Shown here one piece after another: positions 37,167 to 47,280 of a stretch of DNA of 64,000 bases; position 1 is the first letter of the stretch; every line of letters begins with the position of its first letter. The stretch lies in contig CAZMRZ010000003.1 in assembly GCA_964568835.1 (NCBI GenBank), positions 35,651 through 99,650 on the forward strand, given 5' to 3'. The translations under genes and the position numbers were made by a program. Source of the DNA: an uncultured Woeseiaceae bacterium. GTDB taxonomy: Bacteria > Pseudomonadota > Gammaproteobacteria > Steroidobacterales > Woeseiaceae. The notes beneath the pieces are model-generated. The model had not been told where the DNA came from. It saw only the letters and a list, made by a program, of their open reading frames with translations, and made no database searches.

Positions 37167-37885
37167 TGCCAGCGCTTAAGTTGAGCGCTAAAGCAATGCA
37201 CGACAAGCTGGCGGCGCTCGGTGATGCAACCATCGCTGAACATTCAACGCGGTTTTTTAAAACGGGTCCAGGAGAATACGGAGAAGGCGATCGCTTTCTT
37301 GGCATTCGAGTGCCAGTGCTCAGAGCACAGGCGAAGAAGAATCGAGGCGTGCCGTTGAAGGCTATCCTGTGCCTGCTGAAGTCGAAATGGCATGAAGAAA
37401 GACTGTTCGCAGTGCTGTTGCTGGTTCAGGAATACCATCGCGGCTCGGAGGAGCAGAAGAACGCGATATACGATGCCTACCTTGCGCACCGTCAGTACGT
37501 GAACAACTGGGATATTGTCGATAGCTCGGCACACCTGATCGTCGGGCCACATCTTGATGATGCCAAACGCGATATTTTGTACGAACTGGCCGAGTCTGAA
37601 CGACTCTGGGACCGCAGAATCGCGATGATGTCTACTTATCATTTCATTCGCCAAAAAGAGTTCAAAGACGCATTGCAAATTGCACATTTGCTGCGAAATG
37701 ACGTGCACGATTTGATCCACAAGGTTGTGGGTTGGATGCTGAGAGAAATCGGCAATCGCGATCGTGAGGCCGAAGAGAAGTACTTGCTGAAGCACTACAA
37801 GAAAATGCCGCGAACAATGTTGCGTTACGCGATCGAAAAATTTCCCGAAGCACGCCGCAAGGCCTATTTGAATGGAAGCATCTGA
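37166..37885 (+). CDS. DNA alkylation repair protein (AlkD/AlkC-like HEAT-repeat glycosylase family)
   Basis: The ATG overlaps the upstream stop (TAATG). FFKTGPGEYGEGDRFLGIRVP, NNWDIVD and GWMLRE motifs are typical of the family. Confidence 0.8.
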   Translation: MPALKLSAKAMHDKLAALGDATIAEHSTRFFKTGPGEYGEGDRFLGIRVPVLRAQAKKNRGVPLKAILCLLKSKWHEERLFAVLLLVQEYHRGSEEQKNAIYDAYLAHRQYVNNWDIVDSSAHLIVGPHLDDAKRDILYELAESERLWDRRIAMMSTYHFIRQKEFKDALQIAHLLRNDVHDLIHKVVGWMLREIGNRDREAEEKYLLKHYKKMPRTMLRYAIEKFPEARRKAYLNGSI

Positions 37886-38393
37886 AGGATTCCCGCCTGT
37901 AGAGCGCGGCGACGCTCGCGTTCTCGTGCTCGGCAGCCTGCCGGGCGTAAAATCGATTGCAGAGCAGCAGTACTACGCGCATCCGCAAAATGCCTTTTGG
38001 CCGATCATGAATGAGCTGTTCGAGGTGGCCGGCGATTACGACAAACGATGTGCGGGCCTTCTAAGGTACAGAATCGCAGTTTGGGACGTCCTGCGCGCAT
38101 CGGTTCGACCGGGAAGTCTGGATGCCGATATTCAAACCACGACAGCCTCAGCCAATGACTTTGGCGCCTTTTTTGAGGCGCATTCCGAGATCGAAATTGT
38201 CGCGTTTAATGGCAAAAAGGCAGAGCAGCTGTTTTATCGCATGGTCGCAGTCGAACATCGCCAACTGCATCGCCATATCGGTCTACCCTCTACAAGCCCG
38301 GCGTACGCCGCGATGCCGTTTGAGGGTAAGCTCGGATTATGGAGGGCTGGGCTCAAATCGGTTTTGCGTGCAGCTAAAGAGGAACCAGAATGA
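37872..38393 (+). CDS. DNA-deoxyinosine (hypoxanthine) glycosylase, UDG family 6-like
   Basis: VLVLGSLPGVKSIAEQQYYAHPQNAFWPIM and GLPSTSPA motifs. It overlaps the AlkD-like gene by 14 nt. Confidence 0.8.
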   Translation: MEASEGFPPVERGDARVLVLGSLPGVKSIAEQQYYAHPQNAFWPIMNELFEVAGDYDKRCAGLLRYRIAVWDVLRASVRPGSLDADIQTTTASANDFGAFFEAHSEIEIVAFNGKKAEQLFYRMVAVEHRQLHRHIGLPSTSPAYAAMPFEGKLGLWRAGLKSVLRAAKEEPE

Positions 38394-38406
38394 CAGGAGT
38401 CAGTAC

Positions 38407-38841
38407 ATGAGTGGAAACGCTATTTTCCTGCCTATGTTGGCAACAATGACGTTGACGGCTTTGGTGTGGTTTTACATGTATGCGCGCCGGATCCCGGCGA
38501 TGCGTCGAGCACGCGTGAGTGTTCAAACGTATACGACACCGGATAAGATCAACGAGGTTTTGCCCGAAGAGATTAACTACCCGGCAAACAACCTCAAGAA
38601 TCTATTTGAAGTCCCGATTCTGTTCTACGGTCTGTGTCTTTATCTGAATGTCTCCGGTAACGTAGACACAGCGTATGTTGTGGCCGCTTGGTTGTTTTTC
38701 GTATTTCGCGTCTTTCATAGCATTGTGCATTGCGGCAGCAATATCGTCATGCTGCGTTTCTACTTGTATGCCGCGTCGGCGTTAGCACTATGGTTCATGC
38801 TTGGTCGGGCATTTTTGGCAGAACTGGCAGTTTATTTATGA
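38407..38841 (+). CDS. MAPEG-family membrane protein
   Basis: ATG 38407. 144 aa with four predicted TM helices, a NNLKNLFEVPILFY segment and a FRVFHSIVH segment. The upstream part of ORF 38122.. overlaps the glycosylase and is not coding. Confidence 0.65.
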   Translation: MSGNAIFLPMLATMTLTALVWFYMYARRIPAMRRARVSVQTYTTPDKINEVLPEEINYPANNLKNLFEVPILFYGLCLYLNVSGNVDTAYVVAAWLFFVFRVFHSIVHCGSNIVMLRFYLYAASALALWFMLGRAFLAELAVYL

Positions 38842-38862
38842 TTATCGATCAAGGACGCTGAG

Positions 38863-39468
38863 ATGATGGAAGGAACGACACGCCTGCAACGAATACTGCG
38901 TGAGGGGCTGGTCCTCGGATTGCTCCTGGTTGGAATACTGGCGGCTCGATCAACATTCGCCGATCATTATTACGTGCCGTCGGGCTCAATGGAGTACACG
39001 TTGATCGCTGGTGATCGTGTATTCGTTGACAAACGAGCCTATGGGCTTCGTGTTCCGTTCACCAACTTCGAGATTTTCGGCGTCGGTTCTGTGCAACGAG
39101 GCGATATTGTAATTTTTGATTCGCCACGAGATGGCAAGCGTCTGATCAAGCGAATCGTAGCCATCGGTGGCGATGAGGTTCTGATTCATGACGGTCATTT
39201 AGCCATCAATGGCGAATGGCTGGCCTCGCCGGACAGTCGCGAAGTCGAATTGATGGGCGACAAAGTCGTTCAGTTGAATCTCAAAAGCGGCGGCGGACCG
39301 GAGCTATCCGGGACCATCGAAAGCGGCATGGTCCTGGCAATTGGTGACCATCGGGGCAATTCGGTCGATGGTCGCTACTTCGGTGCCGTTTCAGAAGATG
39401 AAATCTATGGGCGCGCCCTGGCTGTTTACTATCGGCGTGGCGAAGGGCTCAGCTGGTTCAAGCTCTGA
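38863..39468 (+). CDS. lepB: Signal peptidase I
   Basis: SGSMEYTL (catalytic Ser box), GDIVIF, KRIVAIGGDEV (Lys box) and GDHRGNSVDGRYFG boxes. Confidence 0.9.
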   Translation: MMEGTTRLQRILREGLVLGLLLVGILAARSTFADHYYVPSGSMEYTLIAGDRVFVDKRAYGLRVPFTNFEIFGVGSVQRGDIVIFDSPRDGKRLIKRIVAIGGDEVLIHDGHLAINGEWLASPDSREVELMGDKVVQLNLKSGGGPELSGTIESGMVLAIGDHRGNSVDGRYFGAVSEDEIYGRALAVYYRRGEGLSWFKL

Positions 39469-39482
39469 GTTGGCGCGCCGTC

Positions 39483-39860
<378 letters not shown>

Positions 39861-39917
39861 CTAGCAATAGGCTTGCTGTATGTGTACAAATAAGCGGCAC
39901 ATTCGGGTGGACTTTTC

Positions 39918-40946
39918 ATGAGCAAAAACACTGGCCTTCTCAAAGAACCGACAGGGTGGCTGTACTACGGCGTGGCGGTAAGCTATGCCGTCGGTGCTTA
40001 CGGCCTCGGGATTGCGGGGCTTTTCAGCTCTGCGCCTGCTATCAACGTCGCCGCGACATTGCTGCTAGCTCACGCAATGACGATTTCTGCCTACCTGATA
40101 CATGAATGCGGCCACAACGTCGTCTTTCATCGTCATAGTCATAATGCGAAGCTTGGTCGCGTGATGAGCTGGTTGTGCGGCGCCGCCTACGGTACGTATG
40201 AAGATATGCGCTATAAGCACTTCCGGCACCACGTTGATAACGATGATGTGGTCTGGTTCGCGTATGACGAATTTTTCGAGAGCCATCCATTGACCACAAA
40301 ATTCATCCGCGTCATGGAGTGGCTGTACATACCGGCTCATGACCTGCTTATGCACGGCGTCATGGTGTTCACGTCATTTGTCATTCCTCAGCGTCGCGAT
40401 CAGCGACTGAGAAACGTGGCGGTCATCTTGATTCGTGGCAGCGTATTCCTGACAGCGGCTGTATTGGTCCCGAAGGTCGCCGTGCTTTATGTGATCGCTT
40501 ACCTCATCATGATGCACATCCTGCGCTTCATGGACAGCGTGCAACATGACTATCCGTACAGTACGACGCTATTTGAGACCTCGCGCGCGCCGCACAAGGG
40601 CGACGCTGAGTGGGAACAAGAGCATACGTTCAGCAATACGTTATCCTTGCGCTTTCCTCGACTGAACTGGCTTACACTGAACTTCGGTTATCACAATGCG
40701 CATCATGCCGATATGAATGTGCCGTTTTATCGCTTGCCGGAACTGCACGACGAACTGTCCGGCAACGATCCCAATTTCGTTATTCCGTTCAGTGCGCAGT
40801 TAAAGCTCTATCACAACAACCGGGTGTCCAGAATTTACAATCCGCAGCCTGAAAGTTATCCCAAGGGCAGGGAATATCTTCGAACGGCACAGTCAGGCGC
40901 CGGACCCATCGGCGGAAACGCAGCTTCATTCCTGACCTCATTCTAG
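39918..40946 (+). CDS. Membrane fatty-acid desaturase family protein
   Basis: Three His boxes: HECGHN, HFRHH and HNAHH, with intervening TM segments. Confidence 0.85.
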   Translation: MSKNTGLLKEPTGWLYYGVAVSYAVGAYGLGIAGLFSSAPAINVAATLLLAHAMTISAYLIHECGHNVVFHRHSHNAKLGRVMSWLCGAAYGTYEDMRYKHFRHHVDNDDVVWFAYDEFFESHPLTTKFIRVMEWLYIPAHDLLMHGVMVFTSFVIPQRRDQRLRNVAVILIRGSVFLTAAVLVPKVAVLYVIAYLIMMHILRFMDSVQHDYPYSTTLFETSRAPHKGDAEWEQEHTFSNTLSLRFPRLNWLTLNFGYHNAHHADMNVPFYRLPELHDELSGNDPNFVIPFSAQLKLYHNNRVSRIYNPQPESYPKGREYLRTAQSGAGPIGGNAASFLTSF

Positions 40947-40959
40947 GGAGATCAAAGCA

Positions 40960-41100
40960 ATGGCGGATAACATTGGCAAGATCGGGTGGATCGACATGAC
41001 TGTCGATGATGCAACCGGCTTGCGGGACTTCTACCAAAAAGTGATTGGTTGGAATGTCGAAGATCCCAACGGCGCGACCGCTGCGCTATACCAGCCCTGA
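40960..41100 (+). pseudogene. N-terminal remnant (46 codons) of a VOC/glyoxalase-family gene
   Basis: GGGAG-N9-ATG. MADNIGKIGWIDMTVDDATGLRDFYQKVIGWNVEDP matches the first beta-alpha-beta unit of small VOC proteins, then stops. I found no continuation in the other two forward frames before or within the LuxR gene. Confidence 0.55.
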
Positions 41101-41114
41101 AGCCGTAAGCGCTC

Positions 41115-41909
41115 TTGCAAAACGTATTCGAAAGTTCCGGGTGGCAGTCAGCCGTTGCTGAGCTTGTTGCGGCTGCGGATAGTCGATCGTTGGCAAGAAA
41201 TCTCGTCGCTCTGGTTTGCGCGACGGTCTCGAACAACGGCACCAGTCTTTTGGCCTTCCACAAGGACGCCCCGCCGGAAGTTATCGATCACTCGCTTGCG
41301 CCCAGTCGAGCGCGACATTACCTCGACCGGTACTTGGCGGGACCCTACTTGCTCGACCCGCTTTATCAATTGGCGTTACGGACCGAAAAGCCAAGCATGT
41401 GCCGGTTCCGCGATACGCAGCCTGATCGGTTTCACTCGAGTGAGTACTACCGGCAATACGTCGAACGCACTCACCTTGTCGACGAAATGGACTTCCTGTT
41501 GGGCGTGTCGGACAGCAGTGCGCTGGTTCTGGTTTGTGGGCGGACCGAAAAACGATTCACTCGCGTGGAGCTGAATCGACTCCGCCTTATCGAGCCGTTG
41601 GTCCAATCTGCCATGCAGCGAATCTGGGATAGCCGGGATAGTGAGGCGACGCGAGGCAATGATGAACACGGCATGCACCGACGCCTGACCGCGTGTTTCG
41701 AAAATTTCGGGGAAGACACACTGACACAACGTGAGAGAGAGATTACGCAATTGCTGTTGCGTGGTCACTCCTCGAAATCCATCGCACGTGAACTCGGCAT
41801 CGCGCCGGGTACGGTGATGGTGCACAAGCGCAACCTGTTTGCGAAGCTGGGTATTACCTCCCAGTACGAGCTTTTTTCGAGCTTTATCGACGCGCTGTCT
41901 ACATCCTGA
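41115..41909 (+). CDS. LuxR-family transcriptional regulator (C-terminal HTH)
   Basis: C-terminal LTQREREITQLLLRGHSSKSIARELGIAPGTVMVHKRNLFAKLGI. The start (TTG 41115) is uncertain. Confidence 0.8.
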   Translation: MQNVFESSGWQSAVAELVAAADSRSLARNLVALVCATVSNNGTSLLAFHKDAPPEVIDHSLAPSRARHYLDRYLAGPYLLDPLYQLALRTEKPSMCRFRDTQPDRFHSSEYYRQYVERTHLVDEMDFLLGVSDSSALVLVCGRTEKRFTRVELNRLRLIEPLVQSAMQRIWDSRDSEATRGNDEHGMHRRLTACFENFGEDTLTQREREITQLLLRGHSSKSIARELGIAPGTVMVHKRNLFAKLGITSQYELFSSFIDALSTS

Positions 41910-41995
41910 CTCCGACCGTACCGCATGCGCGGTATGTCTTTGTCAGTTCCAAATGACCAAAATGGTCTTTATCTTTGCGGCTCTGGAATGATCCG

Positions 41996-43153
41996 ATGTT
42001 TGAATTTGATTTTGGGCTTGGCGAAGAGCTCGATCTTCTTCGCGACACTGTTCGCGATTTTGCCGCCGATAAGATCGCTCCGCGTGCTGCAGCAATTGAT
42101 GAGACCAATGAGTTTCCGGCAGACCTGTGGCCGGAGCTCGGAGCGCTGGGTTTGCACGGTATGACCGTCGAGGAATCTTACGGCGGTTCCGAACTTGGCT
42201 ATCTGGCGCACGTGATTGCGATGGAGGAAATCAGCCGGGCCTCGGCATCCGTTGGTTTATCCTACGGTGCGCACTCGAACCTGTGCATTAACCAGTTGCA
42301 TCGCTGGGGCAGTGAGGATCAAAAGAAAAGATATCTACCGAAACTGGTGTCGGGTGAGTTCCTCGGCGCGCTGGCGATGAGCGAGACGGGTGCGGGTTCC
42401 GATGTGATGGGCATGCGCACGACGGCAGTTCGCGACGGCGATGACTATGCGCTCAATGGTTCCAAAATGTGGATTACCAATGCACCGGGCGCGGACGTGA
42501 TGATCGTGTATGCGAAGACTGATGCAAAGGCCGAGTCCGGCGGTGTCAGCGCTTTTCTTGTCGAACGCGGGATGCCCGGATTTTCGACGCCCAAGAAGTT
42601 CGATAAACTGGGTATGCGCGGATCTGATACGAGCGAAGTTCTGCTGGAAGACTGTCGCGTTCCGGTTGTCAACCGACTGGCCGAGGAGGGCAAGGGCGCA
42701 GCGATCCTGATGAGCGGTCTCGATTACGAGCGGGTGGTGCTCGCGGGCGGTCCGTTAGGGATCATGGCCGCCTGTATGGATCTCGTCCTGCCGTACATTC
42801 ATGACCGAAAACAATTCGGAAAGCCCATCGGCGAGTTTCAGTTGATGCAGGGCAAGATTGCCGACATGTACACCGCGTTGAATAGCTGCCGCGCTTACGT
42901 TTATGCTGTCGCGAGAGCTTGCGACCGATCTCAGACTACCCGCTTCGACGCCGCAGGATGTATTCTTGTTGCTGCCGAAAAAGCGACCTGGATGGCTGGC
43001 GAGGCTATTCAGACCCTGGGCGGTAATGGCTACATCAATGAGTTTCCGGCGGGCCGGCTATGGCGCGATGCGAAACTCTACGAAATCGGCGCCGGTACCA
43101 GTGAGATTCGGCGAATGTTGATTGGCCGCGAGTTATTCAACGCCAGCAATTAG
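41996..43153 (+). CDS. liuA: Isovaleryl-CoA dehydrogenase
   Basis: ATG 41996 ([11 protein letters not shown]...). [68 protein letters not shown] and [13 protein letters not shown] closely match IVD as I recall it. Confidence 0.9.
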   Translation: MFEFDFGLGEELDLLRDTVRDFAADKIAPRAAAIDETNEFPADLWPELGALGLHGMTVEESYGGSELGYLAHVIAMEEISRASASVGLSYGAHSNLCINQLHRWGSEDQKKRYLPKLVSGEFLGALAMSETGAGSDVMGMRTTAVRDGDDYALNGSKMWITNAPGADVMIVYAKTDAKAESGGVSAFLVERGMPGFSTPKKFDKLGMRGSDTSEVLLEDCRVPVVNRLAEEGKGAAILMSGLDYERVVLAGGPLGIMAACMDLVLPYIHDRKQFGKPIGEFQLMQGKIADMYTALNSCRAYVYAVARACDRSQTTRFDAAGCILVAAEKATWMAGEAIQTLGGNGYINEFPAGRLWRDAKLYEIGAGTSEIRRMLIGRELFNASN

Positions 43154-43160
43154 GACGTAC

Positions 43161-44771
43161 GTGCCAAAAATACAATCCAAAATCGATCGTGCGTCCGAGG
43201 ATTTCGAACGGAATTCGGCGGCTCACATCAAGCTCGTCGACGAGCTTCGCAAGGTTGACGATTACGTAATGCAGGGCGGGTCGGAGCGATCTCGCGAGAA
43301 ACACCTGTCTCGCGGAAAATTACTGGCACGTGACAGGATCACTTCTTTGCTGGATGAAGGCTCGGATTTCCTGGAGATTGGTCGGCAGGCCGCGTGGCGA
43401 GTCTACAGCGACGATGTACCGAGTGCCGGGATCGTTACGGGTGTCGGTCGGATCCACGGTATCGAGTGCATGATTGTCGCCAATGACGCGACCGTTAAGG
43501 GCGGCACTTATTATCCCCTGACCGTCAAGAAGCACCTTCGCGCGCAGGAAATTGCCGCCGAGAATCGTCTGCCTTGTATCTACCTGGTCGACTCCGGTGG
43601 TGCATTCCTCCCACGACAGGACGAAGTGTTTCCCGACCGTGATCATTTCGGACGAATATTCTTCAATCAGGCGCACCTGTCAGCGGCTGGCATACCGCAG
43701 ATCGCTGTTGTCATGGGTTCGTGCACGGCGGGCGGTGCCTATGTGCCCGCGATGTGCGATGAGTCAATTATCGTCCGAAATCAGGGAACAATATTTCTGG
43801 GCGGGCCACCGCTGGTCAAAGCCGCGACGGGCGAAGAAGTCGATGCCGAAACATTGGGCGGTGGCAGCGTGCATTCCCGAATATCCGGGGTGACCGACTA
43901 TCTTGCGGACAATGATGAACACGCATTGTCGATTGCACGCGATATTGTTGCGAATCTCAACGAGGTCCGTCCTGCAAGTGTCAATCGACGAGAATCTGAG
44001 GATCCTCTGTATCCCGCCGAGGAAATGTACGGCGTAGTTTCCCGTGAATACCGGTTCCCCTACGATGTTCGAGAGATCATTGCCCGTGTTGTCGATGGAT
44101 CCGAGTTTCACGAGTTCAAAAAGCTCTACGGTGCAACGCTGGTTTGCGGTTTCGCACATATCGACGGCTATCCCGTCGGCATTGTGGCCAACAACGGCAT
44201 CCTGTTTCCGGAGTCTGCCCAGAAGGGTGCCCATTTCGTACAGCTGTGCAATCGTCGACGCGTGCCGCTGGTGTTCCTGCAGAACATCACCGGATTCATG
44301 GTTGGAAAGCGCGTAGAGCACGCAGGGATCGCCAAAGATGGCGCAAAAATGGTCAACGCGGTGGCGACAGCAACCGTGCCCAAATTTACCGTCGTTATTG
44401 GTGGCTCGTTCGGTGCGGGCAACTACGCGATGTGTGGTCGCGCGTATAGCCCGAACATGATGTGGATGTGGCCCAACGCGAGAATTTCTGTAATGGGCGG
44501 TGAGCAGGCAGCTATGGTTCTGTCGACCGTGAAGGCCGATGGAATGGAAGCTCGCGATGAAACATGGTCCGAAAACGACAAAGCCGACTACGAAGAGATG
44601 ATCCGGCAGCAATATGAAACTCAGGGGCACCCCCTTTATGCCAGCGCGCGACTATGGGACGACGGTGTCATTGATCCCGTGGATACGAGGCGGGTGCTTG
44701 CACACGGCCTGTCGGCCTCGAGGAATAATTTCGACCAAGAAGAGGCGCCCTACGGCATATTTCGGATGTAA
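43161..44771 (+). CDS. liuB: Methylcrotonyl-CoA carboxylase carboxyltransferase (beta) subunit (AtuC/LiuB family)
   Basis: GTG 43161 follows AGGAC ([18 protein letters not shown]...). Carboxyltransferase motifs [28 protein letters not shown] and [16 protein letters not shown]. Confidence 0.85.
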   Translation: MPKIQSKIDRASEDFERNSAAHIKLVDELRKVDDYVMQGGSERSREKHLSRGKLLARDRITSLLDEGSDFLEIGRQAAWRVYSDDVPSAGIVTGVGRIHGIECMIVANDATVKGGTYYPLTVKKHLRAQEIAAENRLPCIYLVDSGGAFLPRQDEVFPDRDHFGRIFFNQAHLSAAGIPQIAVVMGSCTAGGAYVPAMCDESIIVRNQGTIFLGGPPLVKAATGEEVDAETLGGGSVHSRISGVTDYLADNDEHALSIARDIVANLNEVRPASVNRRESEDPLYPAEEMYGVVSREYRFPYDVREIIARVVDGSEFHEFKKLYGATLVCGFAHIDGYPVGIVANNGILFPESAQKGAHFVQLCNRRRVPLVFLQNITGFMVGKRVEHAGIAKDGAKMVNAVATATVPKFTVVIGGSFGAGNYAMCGRAYSPNMMWMWPNARISVMGGEQAAMVLSTVKADGMEARDETWSENDKADYEEMIRQQYETQGHPLYASARLWDDGVIDPVDTRRVLAHGLSASRNNFDQEEAPYGIFRM

Positions 44772-44810
44772 GTCCATGTACAATCACGGCAACCGATAAA
44801 TGGATGAACT

Positions 44811-45668
44811 ATGCCGCTTGACTACGATGCGCTAATGGCGACCAAGGTTGTCGACCTACCTCTGACTTACGACGATTCCGAAGCGATTCTATACGCGTTA
44901 AGCGTTGGGATGGGACGCGACCCTCTCGATCTCAAAGAATTGCCCTACGTTTATGAACAGGGTGAGACCTTTAAGATAGTGCCGACGCTGGCGACTGTTC
45001 TGGTGCCCGACATGTTCCCGCCTGGACTGGGTTGGGACTTTAGCCAGGTGCTGCATTCGGAGCAACGCATGCAGCTATATCGTCCATTGCCAGCCAAAGC
45101 CGATTTGCTAATCAACAAGCGAGTTTCCGATGTTTTCGACTGGGGCCCACGCAAAGGTGCGTTGTTCCTTTTTGAAGCGGAAGGTCGACTGGCGAGTGAC
45201 GATACCGTTGTGTTTACGCTGGGTTGCACCGTCATGGCTCGGGGAGACGGCGGATTTGGCGGTCCGACCGGCAAGGGTCCGCGGCCGCACCGCGCGCCGC
45301 GCCGTGATCCGGACCTGAGTTGTGACATCGAAACCCGTGAAGATCAGGCCTTGTTGTTTCGGCTGACGGGTGATCGAAACCCGTTGCACGCTGACCCGGC
45401 CGAGGCTTCGAAAGCAGGATTCGGAGTGCCGATTTTGCATGGCATGTGCAGTTACGGTATTGCGTGCCGTGCCATTCTTAAAACGATTTGCGACTACGAC
45501 TACACGTTAATCGAAAGTTTCGACGCACGATTTACGTCGCCGGTCCTGCCCGGCGATACCATTACGACCGACATGTGGCAGGACGGTAATGTTGTGTCGT
45601 TCCGCTGTACCGTGAAGGATCGTGATGAAATCGTATTGCGAAACGGTAAGTGCACACTGGCCGTCTAG
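44811..45668 (+). CDS. MaoC-like double hot-dog (R)-specific enoyl-CoA hydratase/dehydratase
   Basis: C-terminal LFRLTGDRNPLHADPAEASKAGFGVPILHGMCSYG hydratase-2 motif, preceded by a degenerate N-terminal hot-dog half. Confidence 0.8.
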   Translation: MPLDYDALMATKVVDLPLTYDDSEAILYALSVGMGRDPLDLKELPYVYEQGETFKIVPTLATVLVPDMFPPGLGWDFSQVLHSEQRMQLYRPLPAKADLLINKRVSDVFDWGPRKGALFLFEAEGRLASDDTVVFTLGCTVMARGDGGFGGPTGKGPRPHRAPRRDPDLSCDIETREDQALLFRLTGDRNPLHADPAEASKAGFGVPILHGMCSYGIACRAILKTICDYDYTLIESFDARFTSPVLPGDTITTDMWQDGNVVSFRCTVKDRDEIVLRNGKCTLAV

Positions 45669-45683
45669 GCCCCGGATGAGACG

Positions 45684-46475
45684 ATGACGGAACGCGTTCA
45701 AATAGACATTAAGGCACACGTCGCTGAGGTGATATTGAATCGCCCCGACAAGATGAATGCCGTCGACCTCGACATGTTTACGGCATTGGGCGAGGCGGCC
45801 GACAAGATCGCGAATGAAAAGTCGGTTCGCGCGGTCGTACTTCGAGGTGCTGGCGACAATTTTTGCGCTGGAATCGATCTCAGCGTGCTGTCGGACTCAG
45901 GTCTCGATTTCGAAGCCGCGCTGGTGACACCGGTCGCTCCTTCCCCAGCCAATCTGTTTCAGCGTGCGGCCTACGCGTGGCGAGAATTGCCGGTGCCGGT
46001 CATCTGTGCGATCCATGGGGTAGCCTTCGGCGCTGGATTGCAGATAGCCCTTGGTGCCGACATCCGGTACGCATCATCCGACGCCAAACTTTCAATCATG
46101 GAAGCCAAATGGGGCATCATTCCGGATATGGGCATCAGCGCAACCTTACGACATCTGGTGCCGCCCGACCGTGCCAAGGAACTGTCCTGGTCAGCGCGAG
46201 TGTTTGACAGCGCTGAGGCGGAGAATATGGGCCTGGTGACGGCGGTTGTCGACGACCCCCTGAAAACGAGTCGTGAGTTTGCGGCCGGACTTGCGGCGAA
46301 ATCGCCGGATGCGATTCGGGGTATCAAAGCGTTGGTGAATCAGGGCTGGCAGGCGACCGAGGCCGACGCGCTGGCGCTGGAAGCCCGCTTGCAGGGTGGC
46401 ATAATCGGCCGCGAGAATCAGCGCGAGGCGGCAGCGGCTAACCTCGGCAAAAGAGCACCCCATTTCAAAGATTGA
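45684..46475 (+). CDS. Enoyl-CoA hydratase/isomerase (crotonase) family; candidate methylglutaconyl-CoA hydratase by context
   Basis: NRPDKMNAV, FCAGIDL, AIHGVAFGAGLQIALGADIR and EAKWGIIPDMG crotonase motifs. Confidence 0.8.
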   Translation: MTERVQIDIKAHVAEVILNRPDKMNAVDLDMFTALGEAADKIANEKSVRAVVLRGAGDNFCAGIDLSVLSDSGLDFEAALVTPVAPSPANLFQRAAYAWRELPVPVICAIHGVAFGAGLQIALGADIRYASSDAKLSIMEAKWGIIPDMGISATLRHLVPPDRAKELSWSARVFDSAEAENMGLVTAVVDDPLKTSREFAAGLAAKSPDAIRGIKALVNQGWQATEADALALEARLQGGIIGRENQREAAAANLGKRAPHFKD

Positions 46476-46587
46476 AGGCGATATTCCACAGGCGACTAAG
46501 CCGGAACTTTGTTCAGGCCCAGAACTCCAACAAACAGGATCATTTACAGGACTAACGGCCATTAACCGAAATTCTGCTCAACGTGTT

Positions 46588-47280
46588 TTGTGCATTGCGA
46601 CAATAGCGGCGCTATTTTTGGCGTCGGGTGCCGCGAATGCGCAGCGATCATCCGAGCTGTCCGCTGACCTGCCTGATACCCGCACAATGGCTGTGCAGGA
46701 CAAGGTCGACAAACTGTTCAATGCCGGGGATTTCAAACGCGCGTTCTTTATTTACAAAAATGAGCTCGCACCGCTGGGTGACAAGTACGCGCAGTACATG
46801 GTTGGCTACATGTATCAAACCGGTATGGGCGTCGAACAGGATCGGATCGCGGCATCGGCCTGGTACCGCCTGGCCGCCGAACGCGGAACGGCAGAATTCA
46901 TCGCGGTCCGTGATCAAGCCTTACACAAGTTGGACGACACCGAAATTCGTAATTCGACTGCACGCTATAAAGAGCTGCGTGTCAGCTATTGCGATTTGGC
47001 GGTCTTATTGACGTCCATTAAGCGAGACCATAAGGAACTCGAAGGCAGAACCGGGTCACGAATTCATAGCAGCAGTAGCGCAATGAGTATAGTAGATGCT
47101 GGCCGCGGTACGATTCGGCCCGGCTCGGATTACTACGGGCAGATAAGTCGGCAGCTGGAGTTCAGGGTGAAATTACTCGTTGAACTGGGGGAATTCGAGA
47201 ACATCGAGACCGATCTCGACAAGATCAACATTCGAGACATCGAACAACAGGTCAGAGAACGTATCGAATCAAGCGATTGA
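46588..47280 (+). CDS. Secreted Sel1-like repeat (SLR/TPR) protein
   Basis: Signal peptide IATIAALFLASGAANA. Sel1 motif YAQYMVGYMYQTGMGVEQDRIAASAWYRLAAERG. Confidence 0.7.
   Translation: MCIATIAALFLASGAANAQRSSELSADLPDTRTMAVQDKVDKLFNAGDFKRAFFIYKNELAPLGDKYAQYMVGYMYQTGMGVEQDRIAASAWYRLAAERGTAEFIAVRDQALHKLDDTEIRNSTARYKELRVSYCDLAVLLTSIKRDHKELEGRTGSRIHSSSSAMSIVDAGRGTIRPGSDYYGQISRQLEFRVKLLVELGEFENIETDLDKINIRDIEQQVRERIESSD

Noticed and set aside
41925-41975. Small inverted repeats upstream of liuA (TACCGC-ATGC-GCGGTA and GACCA-AAA-TGGTC) as possible operators.
   Set aside because: The arms are only 5-6 bp, which is expected by chance in a region this size. There is no second copy or known motif to support them.
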